Shown here in pieces: positions 10,630-20,898 of a stretch of 64,000 bases of DNA. Both the position numbers and the translations under genes were made by a program. The notes under the pieces were generated by a model. That model had not been told where the DNA came from and searched no databases. It saw only the letters and a list, made by a program, of their open reading frames with translations. The stretch comes from a virus. Every line of letters begins with the position of its first letter. Position 1 is the first letter of the stretch. The stretch covers positions 32,001-96,000 of IMG/VR virus record IMGVR_UViG_3300030329_003696; one strand, written 5' to 3'.

Positions 10630-12311
10630 TGAATGACTCCCGCCTGCTTCATGGCCTCAATTCTTTTTTGTTCCCAGTTGTTTCTCCTTTCACATAACTG
10701 CCGCATGTGAGAGTATGCCATGTCTATATTAAACTCTTGCCTAACGTTTGATCCGTCAAAAGCGGCGGACGATTCATTAAAATACATTCCCCCTGTAGAG
10801 CCTGTAGAGGACTTATACATTAGGTCTCTAGACATCCTAGCTTCAAAGAAACTATTTATTCGGTGAGGCTCTCCAAGGACTTCTGCTATCAACCATTTAG
10901 AAATTTGATTGATTGGTAAAGAGTTTATCTGCTCCTCTGGTAGCATTGGTGAGGACTGGTGAATTCTAGGCTCAGAACCCCAAGTCTGCTTTATATCTGG
11001 AGTCTCAAATGCATCAAAAATTCTTTCCCACTGCTTACCACTAAGATCCCACTGATAATACTTATCAAAGTTTTTGCGAGTCTCAGTCCCAATCTTGGCT
11101 ATTTCCTCGTCGCTCTTTTGGAAAAACTCAAGGAACAGTTCACTCGCCCTATCATTGTCGGGGACAGCACGTAGACAACCAGTCTCTAACTCTTTATAAA
11201 GTGCTGAGGGGCGTATGGGGAAGCCTCCGAGCTTTCTCAGTACACTTTCCATTGCGGAATAATCTGTACCGCAGACCGGAACCCCGCACGCCGCAGCCTC
11301 AACCTGTGGTAAACCAAAACCTTCACAGTTTGCGTATTGAGTATAAAGGTCAAATAGGTTAATGATATTGGACAGATCTTCGTATGACGCACCGTTTTTC
11401 ACGTTAGATAGGGTACTTCCCCACTTACCCGTGAAAGGTGACTGTGCTACGGCACCTTTAAACAGAGACGGAAAGGGCTTCTTTGTTTCTGGACATATAT
11501 ACGTAAACAATACGTGTGATGCTAGGTCGTTCTCGATTATGAGTTCTGGTATGTCCCACCCCAAATCTGGATACGACGTGTGGCAATAAAGATAGAACTT
11601 TTTATTCTCAGATTTGTCTAGAAACTTTCTGAAGGCCTTAAAAAGATCTGGGTACAGCTTGCGTCTTTGATTACGCATAACTGTTCCAATAATTTTATAT
11701 GAGGGATCTATACCGTATCTCAGCTTATGTTGCATCTTGTCCTCTACGGGACTGTAAGCCGGATGTGCGGACGGTGGTGCGGAACCAAGATACTGTATTT
11801 TACCGCCAGATTGATCGTTCAGAATAAGGCCAGCCCAGTCGGAATAGGTGAGACAGGCATCGGCAGACTCATATGTTGATATCCACTGTCTAGCTTGTGG
11901 CCTAGCGTCTACGGTGGGCATTACGACCCACTTAAAATAAGGTCTAAAGGGGCTTCTTTCAGCAAAGTCTAGCATCCAGAAGTCTCGAATATCACAAACG
12001 ACATCTGGGAGAAAGTCTAAACAGACATGCTCGAAGATCCATTCTCCAAACTGATTGGTGCCGCCCTGATTGTAGGCCTGCATTTCTTCTGGGGTTGCCT
12101 TGGGTTCAAAGTCAGTATTGGGTGCTACCCCGTAATATTTCCAAGGTATACTAGCTGCCCTCGGGTCATTCCTTTGCCCGTATGCACCAAGCTCTGCAAG
12201 CTCATACTTACCTGTACTGTGTAGATAATTCAATATCTCCCGCGTATAAGTGGCGTACCCAGTATTTAAAAACGTAGCTTCGCTACAGAACAGTATCCGT
12301 TTCTTTCTCAT
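10626..12311 (-). CDS. GT4 glycosyltransferase
   Basis: RNQRRK, EGFGLPQVEAAACGVP. Confidence 0.88.
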   Translation of the reverse strand: MRKKRILFCSEATFLNTGYATYTREILNYLHSTGKYELAELGAYGQRNDPRAASIPWKYYGVAPNTDFEPKATPEEMQAYNQGGTNQFGEWIFEHVCLDFLPDVVCDIRDFWMLDFAERSPFRPYFKWVVMPTVDARPQARQWISTYESADACLTYSDWAGLILNDQSGGKIQYLGSAPPSAHPAYSPVEDKMQHKLRYGIDPSYKIIGTVMRNQRRKLYPDLFKAFRKFLDKSENKKFYLYCHTSYPDLGWDIPELIIENDLASHVLFTYICPETKKPFPSLFKGAVAQSPFTGKWGSTLSNVKNGASYEDLSNIINLFDLYTQYANCEGFGLPQVEAAACGVPVCGTDYSAMESVLRKLGGFPIRPSALYKELETGCLRAVPDNDRASELFLEFFQKSDEEIAKIGTETRKNFDKYYQWDLSGKQWERIFDAFETPDIKQTWGSEPRIHQSSPMLPEEQINSLPINQISKWLIAEVLGEPHRINSFFEARMSRDLMYKSSTGSTGGMYFNESSAAFDGSNVRQEFNIDMAYSHMRQLCERRNNWEQKRIEAMKQAGVIQ

Positions 12312-12312
12312 T

Positions 12313-12630
12313 TTATTCCTTATCCAAACATCCGAAGTCGAATTGATTAACCCTAAAAATGACTTCTGTGTCGCTTTCGGGTTCTAGGTTTTTAGCTGAG
12401 GCGTTTATGGTCATTTTCATACCTTCTTTACCCAATTTTGCGATTGTCCTTGCCCCACTATCCCAAGCTATGAATCTAAGATATGTAGAGTGTCTTTTCT
12501 TTTCACCCCTTTTATTTCTAAAATACTCATAGATATATAGAGTAAACTCGCAGTATTCAGCACCGGAATCTTCATCTATTTCGACCTCTGGGTCATCGTA
12601 TAGGTATCCCGTAAACATGCAGTTGTTCAT
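12313..12630 (-). CDS. ssb: SSB-like OB-fold protein (short, no canonical acidic-PF tail)
   Basis: MNNCMFTGYLYDDPE..FIAWDSGA. Confidence 0.65.
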   Translation of the reverse strand: MNNCMFTGYLYDDPEVEIDEDSGAEYCEFTLYIYEYFRNKRGEKKRHSTYLRFIAWDSGARTIAKLGKEGMKMTINASAKNLEPESDTEVIFRVNQFDFGCLDKE

Positions 12631-12648
12631 TAATTCTCCTTTATACGT

Positions 12649-12677
12649 ATAGTAGTCTACACGTCGTCATAAACCAA
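12649..12677 (-). promoter_or_regulatory. possible sigma70-type promoter for short ssb
   Basis: TTGGTT-17-TACTAT. Confidence 0.35.
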
Positions 12678-14237
12678 TTATATTTCGTGAATTTTATTGA
12701 CAATGAACGAATTATCCTTAGCCACGTCTCCACACAGAAGAAGGTTATTACCTTCATAAAGTATATACTGGTATTTATCTCTTGCCTCTGGGAACACGAC
12801 TACACTATCTAAGGAACATGTATTGTCCTCTATCGTAAGAAAAGCCATCTTCCTCCCCTTAGTTTTACCTCGTTTAACCGTGGTGGTCGCTACTCGGTTC
12901 ACATTAGCTGCTATGCAAAGGTTTTTGCCCGTCTTTCCGTTGAGAACATCCTTGCAGTAAGTATTTGCAACCGATGTGTCCGCTGAGTCAATTTTAGACA
13001 GGGATACTGGACAGCCCAAGAATTTGCCCTCCTGTTCAATGATCCATGCAGGATCATCATCCAAGCTGTATGGAGGGTTTTTGATCAAGTTTGCCTCGTT
13101 TTCCACTATCTGACTTCGTTCGACCTTACTTGTTCCCCCACCCATCTTTTTCGTGGGAGATAGATCTATAAAGCAGTCATACAGATTGTCCCACTGTTTG
13201 CTCTGATAATTCTTTACGACCCAGTTAGACTCTGCCTTAGTTAACTCTCTGAATATAAGGTACTCATAAAGTGCTCTATTTCTAGACGTGTTGGTTGCGG
13301 CTGTAGAGAAAAAGCCTATGGAACATAGTGCTTTGAAGGCTGTCGCATTAATTTTTGGCGACAGGTAAACAATGATGTCCATCCAAGAGAACTCGCTAGG
13401 GTCTTTGCCCGTTTCTTCAGACGCCTCCTGCACAGCCTTCATCACTTTATCGCCCGTTACCCCCGTAAGAGATTTAACGTCCTTGACCCCGAAGTATATC
13501 CCATCATCCTGAATGTTGAATTTGGACTCAAACGAGGAAATCTTGGGAATCTTCACTTCAAGGTCAAAAAGCTTGGCTTCGGAAACCAGTTCATAAATTT
13601 CTTGATGGGGGTCTTGTTTCTCATTCGCATGGTATAGGTAGGACAGGAAGAATTCCTTGGTGTGATTTGCTTTATACCAAGCGGACCAAAATGAGTCAAC
13701 CGCATACGCAACAGCGTGAGACTTGTTGAAGGAGTACCTAGACGACTTCTCGATCCAACCAAAGATCTCAGATGCGGTGTCCTCGTTGACTAATCCAGTC
13801 TGGTGACATCCTAGAATAAAGTCTCCTCGTATCATAGCCATTAGCTCTGCATCCTTTTTACCAATAGCTTTTCTCAGGTCATCGGCCTTCTTGAGGTCAA
13901 AACCTGCAAGCTTCTGTGCTATACGCATAGATTGTTCTTGATAAACAAGTACGCCGTATGTTGGCTTGAATATCTCTTCGAGAGACTCGTGTAGATACGA
14001 GACTTCTTCTTCTTTATTCTTTCTATCAACAAACCTTTGCGTCATAGACTTTCCGTCAATAATCGCCTTCAAACAGCCCGGTCTAATCAACGCTATCAGA
14101 GCCGCAAGTTCCTCTAGATTTGAAGGTGCTAGCCTTTTAGACCAAGCACGCCCAAGGTTACTCTCTAGTTGGAAAACCCCTTTTGTGAGGCCGTCCTTGA
14201 AGAGGTTCCATGTTTTCTCATCTTTATAATCAATCAT
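12678..14237 (-). CDS. dnaE: DNA polymerase III alpha, C-terminal half (fingers/HhH/OB)
   Basis: GVFQLES, LIRPG, TYGVLVYQEQ, LRKAIGKK, YSFNKSHA, MAFLTIED. Confidence 0.93.
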   Translation of the reverse strand: MIDYKDEKTWNLFKDGLTKGVFQLESNLGRAWSKRLAPSNLEELAALIALIRPGCLKAIIDGKSMTQRFVDRKNKEEEVSYLHESLEEIFKPTYGVLVYQEQSMRIAQKLAGFDLKKADDLRKAIGKKDAELMAMIRGDFILGCHQTGLVNEDTASEIFGWIEKSSRYSFNKSHAVAYAVDSFWSAWYKANHTKEFFLSYLYHANEKQDPHQEIYELVSEAKLFDLEVKIPKISSFESKFNIQDDGIYFGVKDVKSLTGVTGDKVMKAVQEASEETGKDPSEFSWMDIIVYLSPKINATAFKALCSIGFFSTAATNTSRNRALYEYLIFRELTKAESNWVVKNYQSKQWDNLYDCFIDLSPTKKMGGGTSKVERSQIVENEANLIKNPPYSLDDDPAWIIEQEGKFLGCPVSLSKIDSADTSVANTYCKDVLNGKTGKNLCIAANVNRVATTTVKRGKTKGRKMAFLTIEDNTCSLDSVVVFPEARDKYQYILYEGNNLLLCGDVAKDNSFIVNKIHEI

Positions 14238-14613
14238 TATCTTTACTCAAATAGTTAATTGCTCTTTGTAAACCTTCAACACTATCGCTAAATGCTCCAA
14301 TTCCCCTATTGCACTTATGACATAGCCATCCCCTAAAAACATCTGTTGCATGGCAATGGTCAACGACAAAGGGTGATGCTCTCTTGCTGCCTTCGCCAGA
14401 GACTTCCGATGCTGTTCTTCCACAAATTGGACACTCATAATCTTCTGGCGGTCGCCCATATTTGGTCCGAAGCTCTTTCCTTCTTTTGCTTAAATGCCTA
14501 TTACAATCTTTACATTCTGTCCTCAAATAGTTTTCCCCACCCCTTTTACTGAAGTGTATTGTGGGTAGTTCTTTTTTACATTTACTGCATGTTTTATACG
14601 TACAAATTTCCAT
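14230..14613 (-). CDS. endonuclease VII-type HNH homing endonuclease
   Basis: CPICG..VVDHCHATDVFRGWLCHKCNRGIG; N-terminal CxxC..CxxC. Confidence 0.85.
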   Translation of the reverse strand: MEICTYKTCSKCKKELPTIHFSKRGGENYLRTECKDCNRHLSKRRKELRTKYGRPPEDYECPICGRTASEVSGEGSKRASPFVVDHCHATDVFRGWLCHKCNRGIGAFSDSVEGLQRAINYLSKDND

Positions 14614-15268
14614 CAGCAAACGCCTTATCAAATTTCATATTTCTGTATACTGCACGTCTTGATTTTTGTAGTTTAATAAAGATGTTTGCAGTGTCTTTAA
14701 CGTCTTGGAGGGCGTCATGAGCGTTGTCTCCGGAGAGACCCATGCGTTCTCTGAGGCTATCCATACTGATGGACTTTACGTTTGGATCTCCTTCAGTCCA
14801 AAGCCACACGTCATCCATAACATCAATTTTATAAATCTGGTGAAACAACTTCTGGGATTGTCGCTTTTCGTCCCAAGGCCCGTATTCTTTGCACAACCTG
14901 TTCACGATATGCATGTCATAACCGATAATATTAAAACCGGCGGGAATCGGTGCGAAGTATGGCGTTCCCTTCCAATTATATTTATTGACGAAGTTGCAGA
15001 ACTTTTTCCACACACCCTTCGGAAGCGGTGCTCTCGCCAGCTTCGATCTGGTCTGCCCAGTTACTTTCAACGCACCCTCTTCTAGTGGGTCAACTCCAGC
15101 AGCTATAGCCTCATCGTCATCAATAATAGGACGCATCATACTATTGAACTCACCCTTTAGTCTAAAGTTTCTTCCGTCTAGGGCAATCGCAGCGATTTGT
15201 GTAGGTTGGCATCGTAAAGGATTTCTACCGCCTGTCTCAAAGTCAAAAACAATTATGTCACGATTCAT
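14594..15268 (-). CDS. DnaQ-like DEDDh 3'-5' exonuclease
   Basis: VFDFETGG, GFNIIGYD, AHDALQD. Confidence 0.88.
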   Translation of the reverse strand: MNRDIIVFDFETGGRNPLRCQPTQIAAIALDGRNFRLKGEFNSMMRPIIDDDEAIAAGVDPLEEGALKVTGQTRSKLARAPLPKGVWKKFCNFVNKYNWKGTPYFAPIPAGFNIIGYDMHIVNRLCKEYGPWDEKRQSQKLFHQIYKIDVMDDVWLWTEGDPNVKSISMDSLRERMGLSGDNAHDALQDVKDTANIFIKLQKSRRAVYRNMKFDKAFADGNLYV

Positions 15269-16887
15269 ACTAACTCCTTGATCATCATTAGTTTATCCAA
15301 AAGGTTGATGCCTAAAACATCAAACTTAACGTGTCCGAGAGCCTCTAGGTCGGCCATTTCAAGGCCAGCGATCTTCTCTGTTCCGCTTTTAGGATTAACC
15401 ATAGGGCAAACTTTGTAAAGTTCTTCTGCCGATATTACAACACCGGCTGCATGTTTTCCTTGTGTCTTAAATGTTCCTTCTATGTCAATAGCCTGCTGAA
15501 ATAGTTCAGAATAATCACCCTCCAATTGACCCGCATCATTTATAAAACAATAGTCACGGAGGTCGTCTGGATTATTGAGCAATGCCCAACGAATAATCGA
15601 TCTGTCTTCTTCATCCATCTCGGCTAACTGGTCTGAGATAGCGGCTTCGTCTGGAATAGACTTAGTGATTTCATTCATTTCACTAAAACCGCAAGCATTG
15701 TTCACTCGCAACACTTCTTTCAAAGCACTGCGTCCCTGAAGTCTACCAAATGTTAACATCTGACTAACATTATTTTGTCCGTATTTATCTTTTAGGTAGG
15801 TAATGATTTCATCTCTTTTGCCACCGGGTACGTCCATGTCAATATCGGGTAGGGAGATGTGGTCATCTGTGTTACGACCGGCATTGTAGAATCTTTCAAA
15901 CAGTAAATCAAACTCAATGGGGTCTATCTGAGTTATACCAATGAGGTACGAGATTAGACAACCCGCTGCTGAACCACGCCCCGGACCTACCATCCACCCC
16001 TGAGTAACGCAGTAGTTAATAACATCCCAAACAATTAGAAAATAACCAAAAAGCTTGGCCTCTTCAATAACCTCATATTCGGAACGAAACCTATCCCCAT
16101 AAATCTTTTTCAGTTCTGGGTCTTTTATCTTGTGCGACAGAAGATCCGTCCACCCCTCACGAGCAAGCTCTCTAAGGTATTCCTTTTGAGTTTGTCCGTT
16201 CGGTGTATCGAATCTTGGTAGAATCGGTTGGCTAAGTATATTGTAGTTCTCGCACTTTTCAAAGATCTCGTCAAACGAATCAATCACTGGGTCTTCTGTT
16301 AATATCTTTGCTACTTCGGACCTATCTTTCAGGTAAAAGTCATTGGTCTCAAAGAAAACCGAGTTATCGATATCTTCTTTATTTGCTAATGATTTCTTAA
16401 TCTTTGGTAGCGTTGTCTTCATGCTTGAACATAATATGACCCTGTGTAATGGTGCGTGCTCCCTTTCTGTATAGTAGACATCCATAAAGGCTTCCGACTT
16501 CTTGTAAAAGTCCTTGCCTTTAATTGGTGATTTAGCTGGGTCTTCGGCAACACAGATAAAGTTCCCGTGGGAAGATAGCCTAACCAATAGTGGTTTGTCA
16601 ACAACTCCGTCCGAATCTATGCTGGAGACTATCTGTATTAGCTCAAGCCAGCCGGAGTGATTTTTGGCAAATAGCGAAAACCCATCAAAAGAACAGCCCA
16701 GTATGGGCTTTATATTATTACTTATGCACGCCTTGTAAAAAGTAACAGCACCAGATATAGACTTGTAGTCCGCAATTCCGCAAGCCGGAAAAGAATTTTG
16801 TGAGCATTTTTTAGCAAGCTCTCTAGGCTTAGAGAAACCCTTTTGTAGAGAATAGTGTGTGTAATTGCACAGTGGAAACCACTTCAT
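15265..16887 (-). CDS. dnaE: DNA polymerase III alpha, N-terminal half (degenerate PHP + palm)
   Basis: THYSL, GPGRGSAAG, LLFERF, LPDIDMD, GKHAAGVVI, KFDVLG. Confidence 0.93.
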   Translation of the reverse strand: MKWFPLCNYTHYSLQKGFSKPRELAKKCSQNSFPACGIADYKSISGAVTFYKACISNNIKPILGCSFDGFSLFAKNHSGWLELIQIVSSIDSDGVVDKPLLVRLSSHGNFICVAEDPAKSPIKGKDFYKKSEAFMDVYYTEREHAPLHRVILCSSMKTTLPKIKKSLANKEDIDNSVFFETNDFYLKDRSEVAKILTEDPVIDSFDEIFEKCENYNILSQPILPRFDTPNGQTQKEYLRELAREGWTDLLSHKIKDPELKKIYGDRFRSEYEVIEEAKLFGYFLIVWDVINYCVTQGWMVGPGRGSAAGCLISYLIGITQIDPIEFDLLFERFYNAGRNTDDHISLPDIDMDVPGGKRDEIITYLKDKYGQNNVSQMLTFGRLQGRSALKEVLRVNNACGFSEMNEITKSIPDEAAISDQLAEMDEEDRSIIRWALLNNPDDLRDYCFINDAGQLEGDYSELFQQAIDIEGTFKTQGKHAAGVVISAEELYKVCPMVNPKSGTEKIAGLEMADLEALGHVKFDVLGINLLDKLMMIKELV

Positions 16888-16927
16888 AGTTTGATCCTTC
16901 AATATTTATATTCAACTTGTCTACCCT

Positions 16928-16956
16928 ATTATAGGCTAGGGAAGGCTATTTTGCAA
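16928..16956 (-). promoter_or_regulatory. sigma70-type promoter for polymerase operon
   Basis: TTGCAA-17-TATAAT upstream of dnaE-N. Confidence 0.65.
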
Positions 16957-16962
16957 TGGGTT

Positions 16963-17382
16963 TTATGAATTTTTTACCCTTTTAATTATATCTGTTGTTG
17001 AAATGTCCCTAGTGTAGGGTAGATATATCAGTAGGATCTCCCGCTCATCTAGCCATTCCTGCGTAAAATCCATCTGCTTGTAGTAGTCTCTTTTACACCA
17101 GTCGTCGCCAATGGCAATTATGTCCGGTTTAACAGAAAGTATAGCTGGCTTGCTATCTGAGCCACCTGAATTTTCTATAACTTCATCTGCACATCCAGAC
17201 ATTAATATGCTTTTCTTTCTTTCTTCAAAACTTAAAAAGGGTTTTTTACCCTTGTACTCCTCTATAAATTCATCTGTGTTTAAAGAAACAATAACTCTAC
17301 GTGACAATCTTTTGCAATTTTTTAGAAACTGCATATGCCCGTAGTGAAACAGATCGAAGGTTCCGCCGGTGTATAACTTCAC
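16963..17382 (-). CDS. cytidylyltransferase (TagD-like)
   Basis: GGTFDLFHYGH, IGDDW, YTRDISTT. Confidence 0.88.
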   Translation of the reverse strand: MKLYTGGTFDLFHYGHMQFLKNCKRLSRRVIVSLNTDEFIEEYKGKKPFLSFEERKKSILMSGCADEVIENSGGSDSKPAILSVKPDIIAIGDDWCKRDYYKQMDFTQEWLDEREILLIYLPYTRDISTTDIIKRVKNS

Positions 17383-18237
17383 TTAACGAAACATCCTTGA
17401 GTAAGTAGCCATCCCACCCTTAGCTGAAGCTATAAAATGGAAAAATATAAATTCGTTTTCTGAAAATTGCCGCAAATTTAAATCGCCACTACCAACCTGC
17501 CAAGGCGATCCACATATCGACGAGGACTGCTTGAAGTTGCTGTCCTCCCAGTCGTCAGCAAGTGTTAACTCTATAATATGCTCATCGTGAAACTTTGTTA
17601 GACCGGGGTTTAATTCCGATGCGATTATTTGCCTTCTCCATTCTTCCTGAAGAAAATTTATTCTTTTTTTTCCAGCCGTCGTTAGGGGGTTTATACCATA
17701 CTCGTCCATCCTGCTTATCACTTTTTCGCAAACAGACCTATTAAAGATTGAAAAGCCAGTGTCAAGATTCAATCGTCTCTTAGGGGTGATTCCCACTTCT
17801 TTAAAAGCTACCTCATGTAGGAATGGCTTTCTAGCTAGAGTCCAAGTGCGTTTGTCCAAACTCAAGCTCATTTGGGTTTTTGCGAAGTTGCTAAGTTCAT
17901 CTTCGTCGCTCTGATATATAGAGTGGTTTATGTAATTAAAACCATCTTCTATGCAACCTCTAATGTCAACATGTTTGTTTATTACAGCTGTATCTAAATC
18001 AACGAAGATGCCGTATTGAGCGTCAGTTTCCAAGAATCTGTACAATCTAAAAATCTTTCTCAAGAGCGGAGTTAAGTTATCATTGTCACCGATTTGCTTG
18101 ATTAGGTGATTATCACTAGACAATATGTTAAGCTTGATATCGTGGTTAGCGAAGTAAGATGTTAAACTTGCAGTCGCGTCTAGATGCCAGCGTTCAGTGT
18201 TTGGAATTGTATTTAGTAAGAATGCTTCAAATTCCAT
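17383..18237 (-). CDS. putative GT-A glycosyltransferase-like protein
   Basis: IFVDLD, LDTGFSIF, HDE, FHF motifs. Confidence 0.45.
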   Translation of the reverse strand: MEFEAFLLNTIPNTERWHLDATASLTSYFANHDIKLNILSSDNHLIKQIGDNDNLTPLLRKIFRLYRFLETDAQYGIFVDLDTAVINKHVDIRGCIEDGFNYINHSIYQSDEDELSNFAKTQMSLSLDKRTWTLARKPFLHEVAFKEVGITPKRRLNLDTGFSIFNRSVCEKVISRMDEYGINPLTTAGKKRINFLQEEWRRQIIASELNPGLTKFHDEHIIELTLADDWEDSNFKQSSSICGSPWQVGSGDLNLRQFSENEFIFFHFIASAKGGMATYSRMFR

Positions 18238-18994
18238 CTCTACCTCCCTTTATTTTGTTATAAATTTCCATGTGCTCTTCTACAGTTATCGGTAAAACAG
18301 ATTGAATAAATCCTACGGGAAATTGCCCGTAGCATTTTCTCTCTATAAAATTCTGTAGGTTTGTGTATATATGTTCTTCCTCTAAGGAGAAAATTGCAGC
18401 GTAATGAGTCTCCCCCAATGCATACATGTCTGCTATCATTGGCCAATAGTGCGTCCAATATAGTGCGTTTTCGGTACAGTCGTGATCTGGATGGATTGCT
18501 TCGTATAAGTTTACCGCCTCACAAAAATCTCTTGTTAGCTGAGTATGATAAATACATGGGGTGACTGAGCAGTGAATTGGTGGGTTTGGCTTACCGAGGT
18601 ATTTTGAACAAGCGTTCCACCATCGCGGCTTTACCTTTAGTCCGTGCGTTTTCATCTTAGGTTTTCCGTCTTTGAATAACATCTGCATAGCATCCCCACG
18701 TTGCATAAAGAAGCAGTCTGCATCCATAGTCATAAACCATTCTGTTTCAATATGTTTGCTGGCCATCAATTTTATTATTTGCTGAATACGCCACCCCGTA
18801 TTGTTAGAAACCATATCCATATCAATGATATCCGAATCTGAGTGTGTGGACTTCAAAAATTTTGAGTCCGAGATAAGAAGGTGCTCGAAATTATAAATAT
18901 ACTCCATTGAAGGTTTCTGTATATTTTCGTAGAGCCAAGCGTCCTTATGCTTAGATCCAATTGGGGTTACGATGGTTATCTTATCAGATCGCAT
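18227..18994 (-). CDS. DUF6492-like nucleotide-diphospho-sugar transferase
   Basis: GWRIQQIIKL..MDADCFF..VTP. Confidence 0.65.
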   Translation of the reverse strand: MRSDKITIVTPIGSKHKDAWLYENIQKPSMEYIYNFEHLLISDSKFLKSTHSDSDIIDMDMVSNNTGWRIQQIIKLMASKHIETEWFMTMDADCFFMQRGDAMQMLFKDGKPKMKTHGLKVKPRWWNACSKYLGKPNPPIHCSVTPCIYHTQLTRDFCEAVNLYEAIHPDHDCTENALYWTHYWPMIADMYALGETHYAAIFSLEEEHIYTNLQNFIERKCYGQFPVGFIQSVLPITVEEHMEIYNKIKGGRDGI

Positions 18995-20898
18995 CAGTCT
19001 TCTTTCCTGTCGAGAAAAAATTTATAAAACCTTTTAGACGCATGTCTTTTATCTTCAACAAACTCAAATATTCCATCCTCATTGATGTATATGTCATTAT
19101 CTAGGTCTAATTCACAATCCGTTATTATGTCGTGCCTAGTAACATATTGTCTGTTTTTAGAGTCTCCGTGCCAAATATGAAATGCGGGCCAAGGGCAAAA
19201 GGTTGAATTAAAATGTAGCTCCGCTATGTTATCTATAGTTTCTAGCATGAGCTTGGAATAGGTTTTGCCAAACTCTTTAAGTGCTCGATGTTTCGTACCA
19301 CCTATTAAAGCTGACATAATCCTTTGTATATCTAGCTGCCTTACTATACCCATGCAAAAGTATTCGTCACCACTACCTATTACAGCATTTGGCCAAGGGG
19401 ACTCACCTATCTTTTTCAACGAGTCAACCCTTGCCCCCCAAGCCAATCCTGGGTTTCCTACATATGGGTTGATTTCAACTCCGTCAAACTGACTCGGAAT
19501 TTTTGCGGATTGATCCTGTAAAGATGACACCCTTCCCCTTTTTATCATCTCAATGTTACCGTATTTATCAGACCACGCAATCACATCAAACAGCTGAACA
19601 AAGTCAAAGCCACTCTTCATTTTATCCAATGCGTACTCTAACCATTTAGGACTTTGAAAACAAGCGTCGTGATCAATCCAAAAAAAGTATTTTTTATTTT
19701 TGTCGATGTTTTTGAAAGCTAGATTTAGTAGGGACTCCTTTTGCCATAGACAATTTTTATCTAAAGATGCTGGTATTACAATGGAGTTTGGTATCTCTGG
19801 TTCTCTACCATCAAAGACAATCTCATAACACTTTACGAATGGTGCTATATTTTTTAAACTTTTTATCCATAACTTATATGTCTTCGTGAGCCTTTTGGAC
19901 TGTATGGCGTTATAGTGGATTGTAACTATCTCTACTTCGTCCATGTTATCCGGCATGGCATAAGAGGTGGGCAGTTTCCAGTTTTTAGAAATGGCCTCGT
20001 ACTCAGACGTTACACCGCTGACTAATTGTTGCAGCAGGTTTTTTCTAGCCTTCTGTTTTCTCTCCCCGTTCACATGTTGAACATAAGAGGTTTTTAGCCC
20101 GTCCCAAAAGCCGCTGGTTGCTAGGCAATTATTCCACCTTCTATCTAACCTAAAAAACTTATCATCGGGTAAGCACATAGAAAGATATTGTTGGTCAAAG
20201 CACCATATTTGAGGATAAGGCTCGCTAGGCTGCTTATAGTATTCGCAGCATGAGTTTGGTATAACAAGAACCCCGCTGTTGATCATAAACCTTGGGATGT
20301 TTGAATCAAACGGTCTACCAAATGCCTTATTTATAGTTTGATATTGGCTGATTATCCATTCGCGATCAGTCCAGTCGTGGTATTCATCGTATGCAGATAT
20401 CTTGTCGTCCGGAGTAATTCTAAAAAGATTAGGAGCGTTATCTTTCACCATAACGTCGCAGTCCAAGAATACTGTTTTTTCATAGACGCTGGTTACGTGA
20501 TAGAGCCTGAACTTGTTCCCAATCGGCCATTCTTCACATTGGTCTCCGGTTAGCTCTATGTAGTCTGCACCGCATCTCTCGGCATAAGACTTTATTGAGT
20601 CCCTGCTAATGTCTAGAAGTTCAGTTGCCGATTTGTTTGCGGGAATAACACAGACTGCAAACTTACTATTTTGCTCTGGAAGTTCGTCATAAAAATTAAA
20701 AACCGGAACAAAGTGTTCTCGTTCCTTAACCTTTCTTACGCTTTTAGACATGTTACTAAAAAATTTCTTCCTTTGCTTCTCAGTGGCGGATTGACACCAA
20801 GCAAAGTTGGGCGGAGAAATACCCATCTCCATGTTGAAGATAGGGCAAAAACCCGCCCGTTCACATTGACATTTAGATAAATCTCGGTCTTCCATCAA
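18994..20898 (-). CDS. two-domain glycosyltransferase-like fusion (GT8-like + GT2-like)
   Basis: FLDCDV, INSGVLV, DQQYL; second domain WQKESLLN, WIDHD, IGSGD, HIWHG. Confidence 0.7.
   Translation of the reverse strand: MMEDRDLSKCQCERAGFCPIFNMEMGISPPNFAWCQSATEKQRKKFFSNMSKSVRKVKEREHFVPVFNFYDELPEQNSKFAVCVIPANKSATELLDISRDSIKSYAERCGADYIELTGDQCEEWPIGNKFRLYHVTSVYEKTVFLDCDVMVKDNAPNLFRITPDDKISAYDEYHDWTDREWIISQYQTINKAFGRPFDSNIPRFMINSGVLVIPNSCCEYYKQPSEPYPQIWCFDQQYLSMCLPDDKFFRLDRRWNNCLATSGFWDGLKTSYVQHVNGERKQKARKNLLQQLVSGVTSEYEAISKNWKLPTSYAMPDNMDEVEIVTIHYNAIQSKRLTKTYKLWIKSLKNIAPFVKCYEIVFDGREPEIPNSIVIPASLDKNCLWQKESLLNLAFKNIDKNKKYFFWIDHDACFQSPKWLEYALDKMKSGFDFVQLFDVIAWSDKYGNIEMIKRGRVSSLQDQSAKIPSQFDGVEINPYVGNPGLAWGARVDSLKKIGESPWPNAVIGSGDEYFCMGIVRQLDIQRIMSALIGGTKHRALKEFGKTYSKLMLETIDNIAELHFNSTFCPWPAFHIWHGDSKNRQYVTRHDIITDCELDLDNDIYINEDGIFEFVEDKRHASKRFYKFFLDRKED

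Noticed and set aside
14230-15268. Split intein or group I intron interrupting dnaE
   Set aside because: No intein terminal motifs, and the interval is fully occupied by overlapping ORFs with no room for an intron core.
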